Positions 59,169-64,000 of a stretch of 64,000 bases of DNA are shown here, in pieces. The DNA comes from Candidatus Staskawiczbacteria bacterium (GTDB lineage: Bacteria > Patescibacteriota > Minisyncoccia > Minisyncoccales > Staskawiczbacteraceae), in contig JAHFKV010000001.1 in NCBI GenBank assembly GCA_023245155.1, positions 527,323 to 591,322 of the forward strand, read 5' to 3'. The notes below the pieces were generated by a model that worked only from the letters and a program-made list of their open reading frames with translations, searched no databases and was not told the origin of the DNA. Both the position numbers and the translations under genes were made by a program. The stretch's first letter is position 1; each line of letters starts with the position of its first letter.

Positions 59169-60050
59169 TTATTTTATTTTTTTCAGATATTCCTTCAAGT
59201 CTTTACCAAAAACCGGATCTTTGAGCGCCATGTAAAAAAATGATTTCAACCACTTTAGTTTATCGCCACATTCCAGCCATTCGCCTTTAATCTCGCATCC
59301 ATACAGTGGCAAGCCGTCATTGAGCATTGTATCGAAGACTTCCCCTAAAATAATTTCTCCTTTTTGTGAAGGCTTGGCTTTTTTTAAATACGTAAATACC
59401 TCTGGCGTTAAAATATATTTTCCCACAATCACTAAGTTGGATTGAATTTGTTCTGGGGTCGGTTTTTCAATAATCTTTTTGATTTTATATAAATTTGTGG
59501 CAATTTTTTCAACCACCACGTTGCCATAGGCGGGGATTTTATCTTTAGGCAGTGATTTTAAACCAATCACCGGCGCGTTACAGGTTTTAAAAATGTTCAT
59601 GAGTTGGCCCAGGGCGGGTTCTTGCGCATCCATAACATCGTCACCAAATGAAACAGCCACAGGTTCATTGCCCGCCAACTTGGCCGCTTGCAAAATGGAA
59701 TGGCCGTCACCCAGCGGGTTTTTCTGGATTGCAAACGAAATTGAAATACCACTTAACACCATTTCAAATTCTTTGAGCTCTTTTAATTGCTGGTCTTTTT
59801 TGCGCTTAATAAGCAACTTTTCCAGTTCCGGATCTTTTTTCAAGTAATTCAGAATCATTTTTTGCTTGGGGCTGACCACAAACACAATCTCTGTAATTCC
59901 GGACTTTTTAGCCTCTTCAATCACATATTGGATAATAGGCTTGTCTACCAATGGGAAAAATTCCTTAGAAACCGCCAATGAAAGCGGTAAAAAACGCGTG
60001 CCTAGGCCCGCAATGGGAATAATAACTTTTTTTATCTCTTGTGGCTCCAT
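59169..60050 (-). CDS. galU: UTP--glucose-1-phosphate uridylyltransferase
   Basis: IIPIAGLGTRFLPLS..KEFFPL GalU N-terminal signature. Confidence 0.85.
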   Translation of the reverse strand: MEPQEIKKVIIPIAGLGTRFLPLSLAVSKEFFPLVDKPIIQYVIEEAKKSGITEIVFVVSPKQKMILNYLKKDPELEKLLIKRKKDQQLKELKEFEMVLSGISISFAIQKNPLGDGHSILQAAKLAGNEPVAVSFGDDVMDAQEPALGQLMNIFKTCNAPVIGLKSLPKDKIPAYGNVVVEKIATNLYKIKKIIEKPTPEQIQSNLVIVGKYILTPEVFTYLKKAKPSQKGEIILGEVFDTMLNDGLPLYGCEIKGEWLECGDKLKWLKSFFYMALKDPVFGKDLKEYLKKIK

Positions 60051-60051
60051 G

Positions 60052-61443
60052 TTATTTTATCTTAATTTTGCGTAAAAATGCGGGGATTTCCCACTCTTCT
60101 TCCTGCTTAGTTTTTTTCCGTTCTTCCTGGGCTTCCGCTTCCTTGATTTCCAGGGCGTTGCGACGGATAGTCTGCGCGGGTTCTTGCATGGAAACCGGAT
60201 TAAATACTGGAATAGAAACAGGGCTTGGCGTTTCTGGCCTCTTGGGCGCCAGTTTCTTAGCAGCGGGTTTCTTGTTAGCAACCTTCTTTACAATTTTTTT
60301 CATAACCCGTTTTTTCTTTTGGGTTTGCTTCGCCCCCAGGGGTGCAGCCAAGGATTTGGATTTTCGAATTTCGGGTTTCAGATTTTCCGCGGCTGGCCCG
60401 GTCATCAATAATGTGGTTTTCAATTTATTCTTCAGACTCGCATCCTTGGAAATCCCGAAAATAATTTTAGCCTTTTTATTTTGTTCGGCAATAGCCCGGC
60501 TAATTTTATCCACTTCAAACATACTCACGTTTCCTGAACTGGAAACATTAAACAGCACTTTTTGGACGTTAAAATGATTATTCTGGTACAACGCATTATG
60601 CAGCACCTGATCAGCGATTTTTTGGGCTCGGTCTGGCCCAGAAGCCTCAGCGGTATTTAAAAATGCCAAGTTTCCCGAGCCCGCCAAGATGGCCCGCAAA
60701 TCAGCAAAATCAATATTAATCACGCCGGGACCGTAAATCAAATCTATCAAGCTTTCCAGGGATTCTATCAAGCTTTTGTTCACAATGGAAAAGGCGTCGG
60801 TAATAGCAGTGTCAGCTTCAATCACCTTGAAAATGCGCTCATTGGGAATAGTAATGGAAACATTCAAGGATTTACGCAATTCGCGCAGTGCTTTTTGAGC
60901 GATGCTCAACTTATTTTTACCTTCAAACTTAAAAGGTAATGTAAAAATACCCAAAGAAATACCGCCAAAGTTTTTAGCCAGTTCAGCGAATACCTGGGTG
61001 GCTCCACTGCCCAATCCCCCGCCCAAACAGGCAATAAAAATAACAATGTCTTGATGTTCAAAAAGTTTAGAAATTTTTTCTTTTTCTGATTCAGCGGCGG
61101 TTTTGGCTAAACTGGTGTTTAAACCGGTCCCCAACCCATGGGTTGCTTCCTGCCCGAACAAAAACTGTTTGATGCCCGCGCGCTTTTTGAAAGCCCGAGA
61201 ATCTGTGTCAGCGGCCACAAACGTAGCCTTATGCAGACTGCGCCCGATTTCTGAAACAATGGAATTACCCCCGCCTCCAATACCGATAACTTTTATTTTT
61301 GCTTTAAAAAATGATGACGTGGAGAATGTTTCATTTTTTAATATCTTTTTTGGTTTTTTTGACTTTTTAGGGCGCACTAAAACTTTTTTGGCTTTTTTAG
61401 CCACCGGTTTTTTCCTGGCAGATTGTTTTTTCTTATTCTTCAT
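60052..61443 (-). CDS. ftsZ: Cell division GTPase FtsZ with Lys-rich N- and C-terminal extensions
   Basis: GIGGGGNS (G-box), GGGLGSGA T4 loop, NVDFADLRAI; ~45-aa KKxK N-terminal and long basic C-terminal tails. Confidence 0.9.
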   Translation of the reverse strand: MKNKKKQSARKKPVAKKAKKVLVRPKKSKKPKKILKNETFSTSSFFKAKIKVIGIGGGGNSIVSEIGRSLHKATFVAADTDSRAFKKRAGIKQFLFGQEATHGLGTGLNTSLAKTAAESEKEKISKLFEHQDIVIFIACLGGGLGSGATQVFAELAKNFGGISLGIFTLPFKFEGKNKLSIAQKALRELRKSLNVSITIPNERIFKVIEADTAITDAFSIVNKSLIESLESLIDLIYGPGVINIDFADLRAILAGSGNLAFLNTAEASGPDRAQKIADQVLHNALYQNNHFNVQKVLFNVSSSGNVSMFEVDKISRAIAEQNKKAKIIFGISKDASLKNKLKTTLLMTGPAAENLKPEIRKSKSLAAPLGAKQTQKKKRVMKKIVKKVANKKPAAKKLAPKRPETPSPVSIPVFNPVSMQEPAQTIRRNALEIKEAEAQEERKKTKQEEEWEIPAFLRKIKIK

Positions 61444-61464
61444 TAAGTATATTCTACATACATA

Positions 61465-61686
61465 TTACCCGTGAATTTCCACCACTTTCACCCGCGCCAT
61501 GTGCCCCGAAATAATTTCCACCAATGACTGGCTGACATCAAAATGCCCGGCCAGCATTTTAATAATAGCCGCGTTAGCTTTTCCGTCAATGGGCGGAGCT
61601 TTTACATAGACGGTGTAATTTGCCTCGTCCACTTTTTCTATTTTATCTTCTTTAGCTCCCGGCTTGGCCTTAATAATGATTTTCAT
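61465..61686 (-). CDS. DUF167/YggU-family small protein
   Basis: MKIIIKAKPGAKEDKIEKVDEANYTVYVKAPPIDGKANAAI.. typical UPF0235 pattern. Confidence 0.65.
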   Translation of the reverse strand: MKIIIKAKPGAKEDKIEKVDEANYTVYVKAPPIDGKANAAIIKMLAGHFDVSQSLVEIISGHMARVKVVEIHG

Positions 61687-62443
61687 AATTTTTTCTTCTT
61701 ACCTTACAATTACATACCTTGCAATCAATTTCGCACTCGCAACAATGGTAACACAGCCAATCTTGGCATGTGCACCTATCAGTTACTTTTTTAAACGGCC
61801 GATGGCATTTTTTACAATTACCCAATGATGCAATTTTAACATTCGGCTTCATCTTGGAACGCGAAACCTTGTTTCCGTTTTCGGTTTTATGCATGCCCGC
61901 GTGGCCAGGAATAATCCATTGGGACATTTTCAGCACCAATTCCCTGCTGTGTTGCAACTTTTTATGGTCAGAGGCATAGGGGTCAAATTCTGGCCCGCCC
62001 TCTTTCCAAAACACATCTCCGCAGATTGCTACCACCCCATCATCATCTTGTTTTACAAACAGGGTGATACAGGTATAGTCATGCCCGGGAGTTTTTAAAA
62101 TTTGGATGTCATCGGTAAAGTTTTCTTGCCAGTCTTCCACGTGGCCGCCAGTCCACAATCCGAAATATTCCAGCACTTTGGCTTTGGGGAACATGCCCAC
62201 ATTCCGATAATGGTCAATGTGCGAATGGGTAACACACACATGGGTTATATCTTCAACGGTTAGGCCCTCTTTCGCTAAAGCATCAACTAGAATTTTCTGA
62301 TTGTCTAACGCGCCGGGATCCACCACCATCACAATGTCTTTATCCACCACCAAAGAAATAGTCGGACATGTTTTTTCCTGTCCGCTTGAGACGCGAGCAT
62401 CAGCATTAGTGTAACCCTCTATTAACACTTTGACTTTGGCCAT
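61670..62443 (-). CDS. Metallo-beta-lactamase-fold hydrolase with C-terminal Cys-rich zinc ribbon
   Basis: THSHIDHYRNVGMF HxHxDH motif; C-terminal CKKCHRP..CTCQDWLCYHCCECEIDCKVCNC. Confidence 0.7.
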   Translation of the reverse strand: MAKVKVLIEGYTNADARVSSGQEKTCPTISLVVDKDIVMVVDPGALDNQKILVDALAKEGLTVEDITHVCVTHSHIDHYRNVGMFPKAKVLEYFGLWTGGHVEDWQENFTDDIQILKTPGHDYTCITLFVKQDDDGVVAICGDVFWKEGGPEFDPYASDHKKLQHSRELVLKMSQWIIPGHAGMHKTENGNKVSRSKMKPNVKIASLGNCKKCHRPFKKVTDRCTCQDWLCYHCCECEIDCKVCNCKVRRKNYENHY

Positions 62444-62564
62444 AGTGGGCGATGAAGGAATCGGACCTTCGACCTCTGTCTTATCAGGACAGCGTTCTAC
62501 CACTGAACTAATCGCCCCCAAGTTAAGTGTAATGTACTATAAAAACCGGTAAAAATCAATCGGT

Positions 62565-63362
62565 TTATTTGCCATGATTCTTCACCCAGTCAATTAATGC
62601 AAGAGTATCGGTTTGACGATTCCTAGATTTTAGCACCACTACCGCCATGATTTTTCCATTAACGGTAAACAAAGATGCCATGGACTGCTTAGCTTCGGGC
62701 AGATAACCGCTTTTGCCGCCAACGAAATCTGGATTTTCTGAAAACACATTTAAATTTTTAAAGGTTAGCAGGCGGCCGGAGGAATCTGGAAGTTGGAAAC
62801 CATTGATTTTGGTGGTTTGTAAAATTTCAGGGTGATTTTTGTAAATATATTCCAATAAGATTGCGATGTCTGCGGCCGTGGAATGATTTTTGGGGTTTAA
62901 GCCATGAACGTCGTAATACCGGGTGTTCACCATGCCCAGGTCTTTGGCTTTCTGATTCATCAAACCAATGAATTTTTTATTTCCCACAACATAGGATAAG
63001 CTTTCAGCCGCGTCATTAACGGACTGAATCAACATAGCTTTAAACAAGTTTTGGACCGAAACATTCAAGCCCAAAAACAGTGAGGGGCTGCCACCCTCGG
63101 GCTTTACCATAGCCTTATTTAATACAATAGTTTTAGCGGTATCAATGTTTTCAAGGGTGACTACCGCGTTCATTAATTTGGTGATAGAGGCAATGGGATA
63201 GGCTTGACTGGCATTTTTTTGCAACACCATGGAATGATTAGAAATATCCACGATGATATATGATTGCGCCAAGACTCCTTCAATATCTGCTGCTCTAACT
63301 GAAGGAGATAGCAACAGTGCGGCAAATACTACTAATACTATCCTTTGTTTCATATTGTTCAT
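62565..63362 (-). CDS. D-alanyl-D-alanine carboxypeptidase (PBP5/6 class)
   Basis: Signal peptide, SITKLM (SxxK), SVND (SxN), GGKSGY (KSG). Confidence 0.85.
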   Translation of the reverse strand: MNNMKQRIVLVVFAALLLSPSVRAADIEGVLAQSYIIVDISNHSMVLQKNASQAYPIASITKLMNAVVTLENIDTAKTIVLNKAMVKPEGGSPSLFLGLNVSVQNLFKAMLIQSVNDAAESLSYVVGNKKFIGLMNQKAKDLGMVNTRYYDVHGLNPKNHSTAADIAILLEYIYKNHPEILQTTKINGFQLPDSSGRLLTFKNLNVFSENPDFVGGKSGYLPEAKQSMASLFTVNGKIMAVVVLKSRNRQTDTLALIDWVKNHGK

Positions 63363-63389
63363 AATAATATTTTCTAGTAAGATTATCCA

Positions 63390-64000
63390 ATGGCTTCAAA
63401 GAAACTAATAATACTAATCGTACCGTTTATCATGGCCAGCGGCATTTTGCTGGCGGTTGCTTTTGAATTGCAGTACGCAAACAAGTTTTACCCGGGCATT
63501 ACTATTAACGGCGAGCCCGTGAGCGGGAAAACATACCAACAGGTGGCCGCAGAATTTGAAGAGAAAACCGAAGCTTTGCAAAAAAAGGGGCTCACGTTGG
63601 TTTTTCAGAGCCAAACCCAGAAAACAGAAATAACCATTCCTGCCACAGCCACCGGGCTTACTCCCGATGCCGTAGTTGAATATTTTTCCATTGGGCCTGC
63701 ACAAGAAGATATCCTGCACGCTTATAATTTTGGGCGGACTGGCGGAATCATAACCAGGCTCAAAAACCAACTTTCACTGGCCTTGGGCAAAAACGTTATT
63801 ATTCCGGTGGTTGCTAGCCGGGATTCCATTGAATCGCTGATTACCCGGGAAACGGAACGCCATTTTGCCGCACAAATTCCAGCGCAGTTTTCTTTTGATG
63901 AAAATGGCAAAGCCATCATTATTGCCGAAAGTCCGGGCGAGGAGGTGGATACCCAAGCAACAACCAATGTGGTGGTAAAAAGATTGTCAGATTTTGAAAC
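63390..64000 (+). CDS. Membrane-anchored hypothetical protein (3' partial, runs off window)
   Basis: ATG 63390, TM helix LIILIVPFIMASGILLAVAF, open frame to window end; not in ORF track because no stop. Confidence 0.45.
   Translation, partial: MASKKLIILIVPFIMASGILLAVAFELQYANKFYPGITINGEPVSGKTYQQVAAEFEEKTEALQKKGLTLVFQSQTQKTEITIPATATGLTPDAVVEYFSIGPAQEDILHAYNFGRTGGIITRLKNQLSLALGKNVIIPVVASRDSIESLITRETERHFAAQIPAQFSFDENGKAIIIAESPGEEVDTQATTNVVVKRLSDFE

Overview
AT-rich (~38-40% GC), gene-dense window read entirely by eye, without homology searches. Nearly all genes are housekeeping and on the minus strand: dnaX, cysS, dnaB, recR, serS, lysS, mreC/mreD/PBP2, ftsQ, ftsZ, rpsB, tsf, rpmE, rplY, greA, ychF, a glycolytic block (fba, ppsA, gap, pgm x2, eno), trxB and galU. 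Gene sizes, missing biosynthesis and surface/cell-wall genes fit a small-genome, Patescibacteria/CPR-like bacterium using the standard code (UGA stops dnaX). RNA genes are prominent. A 23S-5S pair (minus) carries a ~510-nt group-I-like intron in the 23S at the E. coli ~2593 region. A separate 16S gene (minus) lies ~6.7 kb away behind its own promoter. The window also holds tRNA-Gln, tRNA-Cys, tRNA-Thr and at least three to four GC-rich non-coding regions flanked by near-consensus sigma70 promoters and intrinsic terminators (candidate RNase P, tmRNA, SRP or 6S RNAs whose class I could not assign). Most interesting findings: (1) the 16S 3' tail reads GGAUCAUUUUUUUA instead of GGAUCACCUCCUUA, native genes lack Shine-Dalgarno motifs, and several promoters sit where the transcript would start at the A of AUG (leaderless), whereas a handful of GC-rich, probably foreign small ORFs do carry SD-like motifs; (2) a ~50-nt conserved 5'-UTR cassette with a covarying hairpin lies immediately upstream of the AUG of four unrelated minus-strand genes; (3) a sortase-anchored giant Asn/Cys-rich surface protein, sortase and CAP-domain protein sit next to a FtsQ-FemX-DegT-membrane-anchored MurF-like cell-wall block; (4) unusual domain architectures: RF1 lacking domain 1, MscL with a zinc ribbon, FtsZ with Lys-rich extensions.
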